The notes beneath the pieces were generated by a model. The model made no database searches and was not told the DNA's origin. It was given only the letters and a program-made list of their open reading frames with translations. A stretch of DNA of 64,000 bases. Origin: Podarcis melisellensis (Eukaryota). Both the position numbers and the translations under genes were made by a program. The stretch is taken from NCBI GenBank assembly GCA_964234715.1, contig OZ174286.1. The stretch is one strand, 5' to 3'. Shown here in pieces: positions 37,601 to 52,100 of the stretch; position 1 is the stretch's first letter, and each line of letters starts with the position of its first letter.

Positions 37601-40600
37601 TTTACCTCCCCATGCACTGGAGTACCAATGAAAATCCAGGGATCAGGAGGCCTTTGGCTTATTTTTTAAAACAACAACAACTTGATATTACAGTTAAGTT
37701 CCAAGCCTAAAGGGAACTGGTCCCTTTTTATCTAGATGCATTTGGGATTGTGCTAGAAATGACCCCCTAAAGATCAGAGTAAAAGTCTTAATTAACCAAT
37801 TTTTGCCTCACCTGATTTTATCAATAAAGGAGGGGCAGACGTATACAGACTTTGAAAATTCAGATGTTTTCAACTTTTCCATCAAGTTGAGATCATCCTA
37901 GTGTAGCCTTATTTGGGTTCACCGATTGGGTCTGCGTTGCTCAGGAGGAAGGAAGTCAAATGACACCGAGGTTGATTCCAAGAAAGAGTTTATTCTGCTC
38001 TCCGGATTGCGTGATCAAGTCCACAGCAAGTCCAAAGAAATGACAAGTTTCATGCAGTATATATATCCTCCATGCACCTCTCCCTCCTTCCCATATAAAT
38101 CCAACCACGTCAGCCTATGTACGCAGGTTGACATCACATATGTTCTTGCTCTGGTATTCTTAACCATAAAAGGGAATTCCTTCCTGTACTTCTGACCATA
38201 AAAGGATCTTCCTCTTCCTAGTCTTATCTTGGAGAAAGAGGTCATCATCTCTGGGACCACGCTTCTGGCATTGTTCCCGGACTTCGGTTTGTGCGTCTTT
38301 TGTGGTCAGCACAAAAGATAAGGCACAGACGTGTCTTCTCTGTTCTGCTGGTGCAGTCAGGGCCATCCGCTGTCACAAACTGATAAAGGAGAGGGCTCTG
38401 AGCCGGGTTTTTGTTTATACATTGTCTCAGAGCTCAAGTTAATGGATTTTAGCTAAGGAAAAATAGGGATTTTGGTGCAGTTTCAAACTGCCTTCACAGT
38501 CAGTTTTGGGTTTGGGAAACCCATTCCTTCACTAGCTCTGAAGATCTCAGGACATTTGTCATTCTGGGGACAATGTCCCACCCATAGAATTCATGGCATT
38601 TGCAAGTGCATTTCAGAATCCACACTTCTGGTTGCCCCGCTGCTTCTCCCTGGGGAAACCCCTGGTTTTTCGTTGAATCGGAGCAAGTGGCAACCAGGTT
38701 TTCTGTGGGTTGCTGTTGGTTTCAATTTAGCACTAAAGAGTAGGCTTTCTGGGGGAAAGGCAAAACCGCTTGTACCTACTCATAGAACTACATTGGCTGC
38801 CACTCATAGAATCCTAGAGTAGAAAGGGACTCCGGGAATCATCTAGTCCAACCCCCTGCAGCTGCCCCGTACGGGGATCAAACCCACAACCTTGGCATGA
38901 TCAGCATTAATCTCTAGCCAACTGAATTAACACTACTTATCCAGAAGCAGAAGTGTGGGCGAGCCCTTAGTTTCATTCAAAATACGTCTTTCTTTTTTTT
39001 TAAAGCTAAGTAGAATAATTAAAAAATATAAATTCTCAAGTGATTCGTCATGCTTGCCCCTAAAAAACATATTCTGTTTGAGGAAAGCAAGTGTTTACTC
39101 CCACTTGCTGAAGAGGCATGTTTGATCTTGCCCTGGTTATTCATAACTCACTTTTAATGTCAGTTCGTTATTACCATCTGAGAGTGCTTTTCCTGTCTTT
39201 CATGGGCTTTGTAATGGGTTTGGCTACATGCCAGGGCCACTAGAACTTTTCTATGGAAGCAGGGCTGGTTTAGACGTTAGTAGGCCTTACGCTTTTAACC
39301 CATTGTCTTCTCCGGTCTCCTTTAACTGGTCTAAATTTGAAGACTGACAGGAGAAAAGTCTCACCCAGACACTATAATGCCCATTACAGTTTTCTAATGC
39401 AGAGCACGGTAAGTGCTCACTGGTAGATGTTTGGTTATTTTGTGTGTAGTGATCTGCAACAGAGAAAATAAATAACCAATGTAAATTCCAAAGTAGTTAG
39501 TCATATTCCGTTCTAAGGAAGCCAAGGAATGTGAGGAAATGGGTGTTGCAATGGTTTGAGACGAAGATATAACCCAGAAAATAGTATATATATATTTACC
39601 AAATATCTAATGAAGGGCCTTATCTGAAGTCACTTGCTACGTCTCCTACCTTCGTACATTCCAAAGGTGAACTTCAATGTCTTCAGGTGAAACTGGACAC
39701 ACAAGAACCACTTTAAATGTTACAGTGTGAAATAGGAATACAATAGTTTCATTTAAGCCCAATGTTAACCACACTTTTTGTTTCTAGAAATTAGAATAAA
39801 ATATGTAGCACAGTAAGTTTTTAAGCAGCTAAGGTGCAACTCCCCGTCACCTAAATCTACTCTTTACTTTAGAGGAAAGGAGAAACTATTTGAATTAACT
39901 GATGGTGCAAAAAGACCCATGTGGGGTGGTTGTTTTTCCCTTTCAAATATCGAGACTGTGTTTTGAACCATAAAGGCAACCATTTAAGATCAGCTGAGAC
40001 ACCTTAATAGCCCAAATGTACTTTTTTTTTTTTTTTGTCTTAAACATTTCAGGCCATAGCACAAAACACAGATCTTAAAGACCGGTTACGCAGAATACAT
40101 GCCGAATCTGTGCTTCTTGATTCAGCAGCTAATGCAAAATCCAGCCCTGATTTGGCAAAGGTGGGTATAGATTTTTCTGCCCTGGTTTGGCAAAGGTGGG
40201 TATAGATTCCCTGTCCTTCCGCAAAGCTGCCTGCTGCTTCTCTCCCCCACCTCAGCCCGACCAATGCCCTGTTTCTTTTTCCACCCCATTCAGCTGCTCC
40301 TTTTCCTGTGCTTGTGACTCATCTGTTGCGACATGAATACTTTGCATAGAACAGTTTTATTTCCAAGCATGTTTTCAGTGTTTTTTGCTGACAGCCTTGT
40401 TGCTTCCCTTCCGCTGCTAGAGTTTTGTTAGAAAAAGTTGTCCTGTCGTTTTCTTTGGTGTCGCTGAACAGTTTTGTGTCTCTAACTAGTTTTCTATAGT
40501 TCCTTCCATTACAGCTTTTGCGCGTGCTCTCACACACCCACCCCATGTGTCATGAGACACAACTTGCATTCTGTTTTGTAAATAGCCAAAGTAGAATATT

Positions 40601-43600
40601 TCAACACTGCTCATCAGCCTGAAAAGCACATCTCTCAAAAGCTACTGGGGGAAAAAGGTGCTATAATATGCCAATTCGCCATCACCATGCCAGGTTCTTG
40701 ATATTTGGAAGAATAAGGTGAAATCGCAAAGCATCGCTGGAGCTGCAGAGTCTCCCTGCCAGTAGCCAAGTTTACCTCTTTGCGTGAACGTCTTTCTGGC
40801 ACTAGCAACTGCGATTTCCATAAAGCTGAACAGAAATATATTTATAAATCGTAGCAGGTAGATGGCGGCTATGAAGGAAGCGGGGCTGTGTTACTTACAA
40901 CACGCTCTCTAAATTTTGACTAGCACAATAACTTAGTCTGGTCTTATGTAATATTTTTTGAGAAGCCAGATAGAAATTGGTAGGCTGATTTAACATGGAC
41001 TGACATTTTGAGTAAACAGGTGGTGCCGGTGAGCACCTCGCGATTAAACTCTGGAACGTACCTTGTTATGACTTGGAAGGGAGGCAAGATCGAAAATTAA
41101 TGACCTTGTTTGAACATAGTGCTGGGCCAGTAGTGCTTCCTATGTATTTTGTTCGCTGATAACACAGAGACTCACAATAACACCACAATCACAAGAGGCG
41201 GCAGAGAATGCATGCAAGGGCTGTGACAGCCGCTAACTTAGATAGTTGGTTTTAAAAGATGATTATACAAATTCATGGAGGACAAAACGATCAATGGTGC
41301 TAGCCCTAATGGCTGCTGTCAATAGTGGCTATGGTGTACCTCAGAGGCAGGATGTCTTTGAATGCTAGTTGCTAGAAATGACAAGGGCGGGATTACCACT
41401 TTGCTTAGGTTCAGCTTGTGGGCCTCCCATGGGCATCTTTTCCACACTCTGAATATCATGCTTTGTGTGTTCTTACACCCCCACTGCGTTCTGTCCACAG
41501 CAGTAGGCATAACATAACCGTATTTTGGGGGTGGGGGGATAAAAATACACACAAGGGCACAATTTTAGCTATGAGTTAATTCTTTAAATATATATTTTTT
41601 AGATTCGTGCCCAAATGCTTCTTTGATTTCGTGCAAATTTTAAAATCTTTTAAAAACAAAACGCATCTTGTTAAAACAGCACTATCCATAAAGAATTATA
41701 ATGGAGGTGCGTGAAGAGAAGAGACGTGGAAAATAGGGCTCAACCTGATGAAAAGTTTAAAAAAGATGGAAGGATTTGCACTAGCTTCTTCATTTGCAGA
41801 AACTCTGCTACTGTTCCATTTTTTATTTTATTTTTAAAGTGGTGTTTGTGAATGTTCAAAAGAAACAGGCAGGAGAACAACTGTTTGCTTACTTTTTAGC
41901 GGCTGTCTGTGTGATGTTGTCATCAAAGTGGCAATTCCAGAACCTGCTCTGATTGTTGATCAGGATGATGGGCATAGATTTCACCAGTTCTGAGCAAGTG
42001 ATTTGATTTATTAGACTTGTATATCAATTTATACTTTTTTAAAAAATAAAGACGTATCAAAATGATGTACAATATTTTTAATACACCAAAGCATGATAAA
42101 ACATATTAACATAGGAAACTGCCACATACAGAGTCAGACCAATGGTCCATGTAGTTCATTGTTGTCTACACTGACTGGCAGAAGCTCTCCAGCAGGAGTC
42201 TTTCCCAGCCCTACCTGGGAAGGTAGATTGAGTGACTGTAATAACAATATCACTGGAGCTGCCCAGGATGCTCAAAACATTTTTACGCAGCCCTGAAATC
42301 ATAGTAAAGTAGACTCTAAGCATTCCTATCTGGGAAGCTCATTGAAAAGACAGAGAAGGCATATTCTCTAGTCACCCATTCTCCATACTTATTTTGGACA
42401 CAGCAAAAGGGTGTGTCTCAGATGACAAGCGCATAGTCTAAGTGGGAAAAGAGACGATCCTTTAGGTATTGGGGTTGCAGTGAGGCTGGAGGGGAAGAAG
42501 TGGGAGTTCACAGTTTAGAATTTAAAGATGTTACCAACGGTGGCTGGTTGGTTTTTTTAATCCGTTATTTTCATAATGCATGCCTGCAAAAGACATTTGA
42601 AGAGACACTGCTCAATTAGTTTTAGAGAAGCCGGTAAACTTTAGCCCACCCTTGGTCTGGATGTATTTCATTTTGCAGCTGAACCATATGACATTATATT
42701 TATATTAGAGTTTGTAAGACGATGTTCCAAGCCCAGGTTTTGCAAAATGGGTTTTGAGGATGCATTGATTTTTCAGTTTCAAGAGATGCAATTGATCTGC
42801 TTAGGGTGGAATGTTGTTGGTGAATTATCCTTCACAACCGTATATTTCTGATTGCTAAAGATTAGTTGTCTTCCTTGAGCTGCAGGAACGGCCAAGCTAT
42901 GTTCTTAGGCGCAGTGTCAGGACTTTAGCCTCCCATCAGTTTTGAACTGAAAGCCTGAGGGATATTGGGCAGTGGCTTAAAGTGCACCACCACTGAGCTC
43001 TGTTGAAAGCAGAGAGCTTCAGGAAATAGGCCTCATCTGCCAAGGAAGTTTCCCTTGCACTGGTAGGGCAGAGCTGGTCTGCCGATGCTCCATTAGCTCT
43101 GTAAAATCTTCTGGTTCAGGACTGTTAACCATCTAAGTGATAAAGTGACAAGCTCTTACTGTTTGCAGACTTCCATTCTTCCCTCTCTGTTTTTGTCTCC
43201 CCTCACCATTGGCTTTGTAGAAGTTGAGTCTGATGCACAGAAAATGTGAAAGAATCCCAGTGCTGGATCATTAAATGCAACTGCTTTACGTCGTTTGTTT
43301 CTCATCCTATACAGCGGAACCTCGGTTTTCCGTTCTGGAAGACCGTTCGACTTCTGAAACGTTCGAAAACCCGAGCAGCAATAGGCTAGCTGCAAAGTCA
43401 ATGGGGGAAAATGAAAAATGCGCCTTGGAAGCCGTTCGACTTCTGAGGCGCGTTCGAAAACGGAAGCAATTACTTCCAGGTTTTCGGCATTCAGGTTTCA
43501 AATCATTTGGCTTCCGAGATGCTCGAAAACCGAGGTTCCACTGTGCCAGTCTTGCGTAACCTAGAACCCTCCAGATGTTTTTGACTATAACCCCCACCAT

Positions 43601-46600
43601 CCCTGGTCAATGGCCTTTCTGGCTAGGACTGATAATAGTACAAAACATTTGGAGAGCAGCAGATTGAGGAAGGCCATTGGTGAGAATTTAACTTGCCTAC
43701 GCCCCAGACCTCTCTTCTAGTGGTTGTAAAGCAGGAGTAGGGAGCTTATGGGTTCTCCAGATCTAGTTGGACTCCAACTCCAACCCGCCCCGCCTATGGT
43801 CAAGGATGAAGAGAGTTGTACTCTTTCAACATGGAGATCCACAGGCTTCCTGCCCTTGCAATAAAGCGTAGAGCAGCTCACAACAACTATTTGTGGTGTC
43901 CTTCCCCCCCCCCCCATGGAAAGCCTCTTTGCATTGAGTCTGGATATAAATGGCAGCAGTGAATGGGACATGAAATCTTTTTACATGATGGGGCTGAGGT
44001 TTAATACTGGGAGTTGTGTGTTTGTTTGTTTTTTGTGAACAGCTGGGCTATACTATCATATGGATACCTTCCCCAGAACCTTTGGGTCACAAACCGTGAA
44101 GAAATGGAAAAATGAGGAGTTGTAGTGATGTTTTCTATGGCATAATCGTGGCTGTAACCGCTATGTATTGCATTACACCAAATCTATTGGTTGATTGATT
44201 TTAGACATTGTCAAACAAACAAGAAACAAATGTTTTTACCCATCCTACTTTGGTAACAGCACCTCTTCTCCTTTCATGAATGCTTTGATCCATCATGGTG
44301 TATTTATTGATAAAGGTAAACCTAGCAGTTCAAAAGCACACTAGTGCAAGTAGATAAATAGGTACCGCTGCAGCGGGAAGGTAAGCAGAGTTTCCGTGAG
44401 CTCTGGTTTCCGTCACAGTGTTCTGTTGCGCCATAAGCGGTTTAGTCATGCTGGGCACATGACCCGGAAAGCTGTCTGTGGACAAACGCCAGCTCCCTCG
44501 GCCTGAAAGCGAGATGAGCGCCGCAACCTGGTTGTTGCCTTTGACAGGACTTAACTGTCCAGGGGTCCTTTACCTATTTACTTTCTTACTTGTTGATGGT
44601 GAGCTTCTCTTGCATAGGGCCAAATCCAAGAATCCTAGTAACTTACTTGAAAGCCCACAAAAAACTATCAGTGATGTAGCTAAGGCTCATGGAGACGAGT
44701 GTTCCACGTGCAGTTGACTTTAATGAGTTATTTTAATAATATGTGTAGTGCCAAGGCCTGACACATCAAATAGCTCTTGATAGTTAAGTGCCCAAATTAT
44801 CAGAACTAAAACAGCAAAACTGTTGAGTGGAAAACACTCTTGTAAATGCCTTTTTTTAATAGAAAAAACACATTACAGATAAGCTTGTGGATAAGCTAAG
44901 GATGTCAGTTTCAATTAGCCAAGTGTGCTGCTTACTTCCCAATCAAAATCTATAAAATGCACCATAGAATTGTAGAGTTGGAAGGACAGATCCCTTGGGG
45001 GGGGGGTTAAAGAACCTTTCACTGGCACAAAAAGATTGCCCAGATTTTACCCACCTCAAGTCTGTGTAAAATGAAATTATGAAGTAGCCTTCCCCGTGCA
45101 AATGTTAGATTACAGCTCCCATCATCCTCAACCATCAGCCATGTTTGCATTTTGACAAGTCAACACAAGTGTATTGAGGGGTATTGATACACCTGCCCAA
45201 TTCTCTGTGGTGGACAACAGGAAAAGGTTTTTAAAAAATGATTAAAATGGGAGCTCCCTCCTCTCCTTTTTTTCCTTTTTGTTTTGTAAAACCAGGCAAT
45301 TAGCCTGATTTGATGAAGTGTCGAGGGCACTACCACTTTGCTGTCCTGCTTTAATTTCACAAGGGACGTGCAGAAAGTTATTCAGAGCCTGTTGTTCATC
45401 AAGCATTTATTCTGATTTGCTTGTGGGGAGTTTGTAGGACATTTGCCTCAAGCAATTGTTTTCTCATACTTCCCAGTGCACATTCCCACTAACCTAACAC
45501 AAAAAGCCCCATTTCTTAAAGCAGGTTTGTTGCACAATCTGCTTTAACTCCTCGATCCAAACTTGCTGTACGTATGACTGTGTCTCATCCGTTAAAAAAC
45601 ACAGTAGTAATAGCTTGAAAGTGATCTTAGAGCTTAAGCCTGTTGATTTATTGTGGGGAAGAACAAGCTGATAAGGAGCGTTCTAGCAACTGTCTTTCAG
45701 GCAGTGCAAATCAAGATGTGAGGGCGGAAAAGAATTATACCAAGTACATAATGCTTGTCTTTATTTGACATTTTGCTGAATCCTTCTGTGCTTTTGCTCC
45801 TTGTGTCCTTTCTAAAGTGCATGCTGCCCTCAGTTCTTTTTACTGCAGGGAGTATCCAAGGTGCTGCTTCCCAGATGCTGGCCTTTGGCAATGCTAGCCG
45901 AGACTGATGTGAGTTGGAGCCCCACATCTGGAGAGCAACAGATTAGCTACCCCTGTTTTGCAGCCTGTACTTCAGTTTTTCCAGTAACAATCTAAGGCTC
46001 CTGGTCACTGTTCTTTTTTCCATATGAGGTTTGGCAGCATGGGGTTTCTCTTCCCTTCCCAACGTCTCCATGTTTCTCTCNNNNNNNNNNNNNNNNNNNN
46101 NNNNNNNNNNNNNNNNNNNNNNNNNNNNNNNNNNNNNNNNNNNNNNNNNNNNNNNNNNNNNNNNNNNNNNNNNNNNNNNNNNNNNNNNNNNNNNNNNNNN
46201 NNNNNNNNNNNNNNNNNNNNNNNNNNNNNNNNNNNNNNNNNNNNNNNNNCAATTTAGAATACAGTGGTACCTCGGGTTAAGTACCGTATTTTTCGCCCCA
46301 TAGGACACACTTTTTCCCCTCCAAAAATGAAGGGGAAATGTATGTGCGTCCTATGGGGTGAATGCAGGCTTTCGCTGAAGCCTGGAGAGCGAGAGGCATC
46401 GGTGTGCATCAGGAAGCTATCCGCAAGCCTTGCAAGCCTGGTGGGAGATCCCGCGGGCTCACAAGGCTTGCGGGCAGCAGCCCGAAGCACGGGGTGCCCT
46501 CCGGAGGGCTCCCCATGCTTCGGGCGAGTGTCCGCAAGAACCTGGGGCGGCAGCCGCGGCTGGGGGGTGAAATAATTTTTTTTTATTCATTCCCCCCCCC

Positions 46601-49092
46601 CAAAAAAAAACCGAGGTGCGTCCTATGGGCCGGTGCATCCTATAGGACAACAAATACGGTACTTAATTTGTTCCGGAGGTCCGTTCTTAACCTGAAACTG
46701 TTCTTAACCTGAAGCACCACTTTAGCTAATGGGGCCTCCTGCTGCTGCCGCGCCGCCAGAGCCTGATTTCTGTTCTCATCCTGAAGCAAAGTTCTTAACC
46801 CGAGGGACTATTTCTGGGTTAGCAGAGTCTTTAACCTGAAGCGTCTGTAACCTGAGGTACCACTGTACTCATTAACATCCTTAAAATATCAATGGCTTCC
46901 CTTCTTCTCTTTCCATGGTTCATTTTTGCATATCATAAATCCCTGCATATTTTACATATTCCATTATTACATCCATCAAAACTTATTTACACTGTTGAAT
47001 TTATCTTAATGCTGCCAACGTTTTCAGGTGTACACAATTTCCCCTATATATTTAATAAACATTTTCCAGTATTCCCTTATGTTCTTCTTGTTCTCTTATT
47101 CTATACGTTAAGTTCGCAAGCTGCGCATATTCCATCAACTTAAGTTGGCATTCTTCTTTAGTTGGGACCCCGCTTGTTTTCCGTTTTGGGGCTGATCAAA
47201 CACAGGCCACAGTAGTAGCATACCTAAATAACCTTTTTTGACACCTGGGAATTTCTGTCTGAATTATCCCCAATCCACGTTTCTCTGTGGTTGCGGTGAC
47301 AGTGGATACTCTGTTCACACCCGCCATTCTTTTTATTAGGCTTGATTTTACATATGGGGAAATGTGTCTTTTGCCAGATCACTAGTGGACCCCACAAGCA
47401 GCAAGCAGCGCTTTTAAACAAAGTAAATGGAGCCCTATGAAGTGTGACAGAATGCTGGGGCTGCTCACCCTATAAGCTTGTTTGAGCAAATAGTACAGTG
47501 GTACCTTGGTTCTCAAATGCCTTGGTACTCAAACAACTTAGAACCCAAACACTGCAATCCTGGAAGTAAGTGTTCCAGTTTGCGAACTTTTTTTGGAAGC
47601 CGAACGTGCTCTGTTTTGAGTGTTACGCTTCCAATTTGATAGCCACACTTCCGTTTTGACTGTTACACTGAGGCCTGTCTGTTTTTGCTATTTATTTTGC
47701 CTTTTTGTTTTTGTGACTGTGTGGGACTCAGTTCAGCTATTGATTGATTGTGTAAACATGGTTTATTGCTTTCATTTTATGGATCAGTGGTCTCGTTAGA
47801 TAGTAAAATTCATGTTAAATTGCTGTTTTAGGGGTTGCTTTTAAAAGTCTGGAATGGATTAATTCATTTTTCATTACTTTCTATGGGAAAGCGTACCTTG
47901 GTTTTGGAATGCTTTGGTTTTGGAACGGACTTCCAGAACGGATTAAGTTTGAGAACCCAAGGTACCACTGTATGTGGCTTTTGGTATCTTTGGGGCTGAA
48001 ACTCAAGGGTAGGGCATCCACTTTGAATGCAGAAGGTCCGAAATGAGACACCTGAGAGTCTCTGACAGTCAATGTAGACATAGGGCAACTCCCTCTGTGT
48101 TCTGCACTTAACAATGACACTTTCGCTGAAGGCTCTTTTCTGTCTCTCATTTGCAGGAAATCTCGGATGACGAGAACAGGGGTCTAGTTCACCAGCTTTC
48201 CAACGAAAGTCGGCTGTCTATAACGGATTCGCTCACCGAGTTTTTTGATGCTCAGGAAGTCTTGCTGTCTGCCAGCTCTTCAGAAAACGAGGTCTGGGCA
48301 CCGGCATCGGAAGCAATGGTCTCATGTCGCTTGTTTCAAAGCTGTTTGACCTTTACCGTCTCTGCACACTAATTGCAAACCCAGGGCAGCAAGCGACATG
48401 TTATGTACCATTCAGAATACACAATTATTTATCACTGCTAGGTTTAAAAAGCATTTTGAAAAGGGGGGAGGAGGGGTTTGCAGGAAATGCTGCTTATAGA
48501 TGTTATCATGTTTGTTTTGTTTTTTTTAAAAAGCATATGTTCAAATATTATTTGCCCTGTGTCCCTCTGACAAATGTTACTAAGATTTGTGGGTGTGTGG
48601 GTGTTAAACATTGGGGTGTGTATTTAGGCTTTTGTTTTGCTCTTGACACACAAGTAGAGTCCCTAACAGCAGGGTTTTGTCGTTGCAATATCCATTTCAA
48701 ACTTCATGGCCTCTTTTTATCCACTTTTTCAGTTTCCCAAATACTGTGGTGGTGTTCTGCATGTTCCTTTTAATCAGAATGAAAGCATATTTCCTTCCGC
48801 CTCAGGTATCTGATGATGATTCATACGCCAGTGATGTGAGTGATAACATCTCCGAAGACAACCTAAGTAACGACATAGAGAATGAAAGGCAAACCCTCGG
48901 TAGGAGTTACAAATTTCTTTGCGGTCTGTCCTGAGGGTTTCTGCTTTCTCTTTACCAGAAACTTGTAGTGCAGAAATGAAGATGCAGACACGTTCAGGAT
49001 CGTGTTTCCTTTTAAAGGATTATTTTTGCAACAGTGAAATGGCACACAGTGATCTCTCCCCATGTAGGAGAAACCACCTGGACATAGAGCGA

Positions 49093-49143
<51 letters not shown>

Positions 49144-52100
49144 CCCTATACCCACAGGTCTCAGGGCGGTTCACAACATGAAATCACAATACAAATGCGC
49201 AAAATACATAATATGAATAAAAACAAGAACCACAGAGCTCAGAGGTTCTTGCCCTCCCTTTCCCATCCCCTCTGTATAGGCTTTGGAGCCTGTACAGTCA
49301 TACACAAATCCTTCATCCCTAGTAATGGCCTGATGCGCTGCAGCACACACTGTCAAAGAGGGTGAGGGGAGGAACATGGCTCCATTGACTCCCATGACAT
49401 TGCTTCCAAATTCACAGCACTTAAGTGGGGGTGGATTGCGCCCCAAGGCCTTAGTCCAGTAAGCATGCAGCAGTTACCCACTTTTGTCACACAAGGCCCA
49501 GGTGTTTCCATTCCAGGCTGTGCTCTTGCTGAAGTGATATTTCTTTCCCCTTCCGCTTGATCAGGAGGTGCCAACTACAATAAAATATGTTGGGGCAGGT
49601 AAGCCCCCCCCCCCAAGATGGATCTCAAGGCTTGGCACACGCACAACATTTTAATGGCAATACCCATCAACTTTCGGGAGGCCCAGCCCTCTCAAATATT
49701 TAATTGGGGGGGGGGGAAGGACCTCAGCCCTTAGGAGTTGGCACTTATGCACTAGATTTACTGGTTGTTGTTTTCTCTTTCTTCACAAAGGAGGCAGAAC
49801 AAACAGAGCGGTCCATAGCTATCAAACATATATGCTTTCCCTGGAATAAAAAGCCCTGCTTAAAATGTGGCAGGGTGTTGTTGTTGTTTTTTAAAAAAGT
49901 GTAGCTGATAAAACATGTGGCACCTTTGGGATTCTTCTCCATGGTTCTGTGCTGGCAATTAGCTGCACTGGTCCCACGTTGCGCATCGTTGGTGCTGGAA
50001 TTTGAAAACTAATTTCCTACTTGAATACACAGAGATGATCTTCCCAATTCAGGCAAAATTAAACACTTGCTTAAAATGGGGAGCAATTCAGTTTCAGGGA
50101 AACAGATGGGGGGGATGGAGAGCCAATTTGGTGCAAGGAGTCTCAAATTCCTGCACAGCTATGAAACTTTGCTGGTTGGTCTTGGGCAAGCCATAACCTA
50201 CATCCTCTTCAGGACTGTGTTGAAAGGAAGCCTCTTTGCGTTTTGCTACAACTGCAAAAGTGTGGATATTAACCATGGGATGTTGCCAAATTTAATCCTG
50301 GCCTCTGTCTTCTAGACAGTGTTCCCGACGACAGCTTGGAATGCCATTCCAAGCGGAGGACGTGTCTGCCGGCTCCGTGTCCCAACACTAGTAACATCAG
50401 CCTCTGGAACATTTTGCGGAACAACATCGGGAAAGACCTCTCCAAGGTGGCCATGCCAGTGGAGCTGAACGAACCGCTGAACACTTTGCAGCGCCTCTGC
50501 GAGGAATTGGAGTACAGCGAGTTGTTGGATAAAGCGGCACGTACACCCAACCTGTTTGAGAGGATGGTAAGAGGAAATTGGGTCCCTCGGCAGCTCTAGA
50601 AGGAAAGTGAGTTCTCTTTTGCATGTCCACAGGCATGTAATGGTTCGTGCATCAGCTGTCAGGAGCGAGCCGGCCAGCAATAAATCATACAAAGTAAGTG
50701 GAGTTAACGCTTGACCAGAAGAAACAGGAGATGAGCACAGGAACTCTTCTTCGGTAGGTCTTGCCCCTATGAAGCAGTTGCGGAGACTGAAGATTCCTGC
50801 CTTCCCACAGTTGCCTTTGTCCGCAGGTGGCGCTGTGGTCTAAACCACTGAGCCTAGGGCTTGCCGATCAGAAGGTTGGCGGTTTGAATCCCCATGACGG
50901 GGTGAGCGCCCGTTGTTCGGTCCTAGCTCCTGCCCACCAAGCAATTAGAAAGCACGTCAAGTACAAGTAGATAAAGAGGTACCGCTCCGGCGGGAAGGTA
51001 AACAGCGTTTCTGTGCGCTGCTCTGGTTCACCAGAAGCGGCTTAGTCATGCTGGCCACATGACCCAGAAGCTGTACGCCAGCTCCCTTGACCAATAAGGC
51101 GAGATGAGCGCTGCAAACCCAGAGTCATCTGCAACTGGACTTAATGGTCAGGAGTCCTTTACCTTTACCTTTACCTCCTCTCCAGGGCTTTTCCCAAGCA
51201 ATCTGAGACTGTTTCTGTGTCCCTTTCTCTGCTCCTTCATCTCTCTCCTGGTTCTGGGAAACTAGGGGTGAGGGGAGCTTGGCACAGCAGGACGGGGAGA
51301 CACCCATACCTTTTCACCAGCCTGACTCATCTCTTCCTCTTGGCCTCCCTCTTCCCACTCGCCTGCTTCAACTTCTGCCTCGGATTCTGGACATCTCTCT
51401 GCCACAGACTCTCCCAGCTCACTAAACCCTGCTTACCTCTTCAGCTTCTGACACCTCCCCTTCCCAGTCTGCTCCTTCTTCTCTCTCTGACCACTCATCG
51501 TCATCCCACCACCCATTGAGATGAATCTCGAGTGTGTTGGATACAGTAATGTATAAACTGTCCCTTAAAAAATAACCAGCAAGTTTTCCTCTGTTTCTTT
51601 GTATTTGCCTTCTGGAAGCTATTTGGTGGTGTTATGACTGCAGGGTGCCTGGACCCCCCATGAAAAGCACAATAAACTGTTTTTGCACCCCTTTCATTCT
51701 GTGCATGAAGCAAACATTCTGGCTGCCATTCAGAAAAATTCACGCTGACAGCTCCATCTGCCCTCGATGGAGCTTTGACATGGTTTGTCATGGGAGTCTA
51801 CCTCTGCTGTTTCTATGAATTGGTCTGGAGATGCTTACTGTGCTTTTAATGAGAATGAAACCATAATAAAATCCAGTAGTTGTTTTATTCATTGCAATGG
51901 AATTTAGTTCAAAACAGCCATTTAATTTTGGTTTTCTTCTTAAAGTCTATTTCAATTCAGGAACTTTAGTGTCATTCTGTAAATACTGAGTCATGTTCCC
52001 ATGCTAAAGATATTGTTCCAGATTGCAGGAAACGTATCTGCAAATATTAAAATTGCAGAGTAGAGAAAAAATGGTGTCTGCAGTCAGTGTGAGATCAGAA

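Noticed and set aside
37902-38377. Possible solo LTR (TG..CA, - strand AATAAA and TATA)
   Set aside because: No matching TSD and boundaries uncertain
45943-46308. ORFs containing X runs
   Set aside because: Artefacts of the N gap
46870-47230. Possible L1-like 3' fragments (also about 25850-26110)
   Set aside because: Too decayed to support by eye
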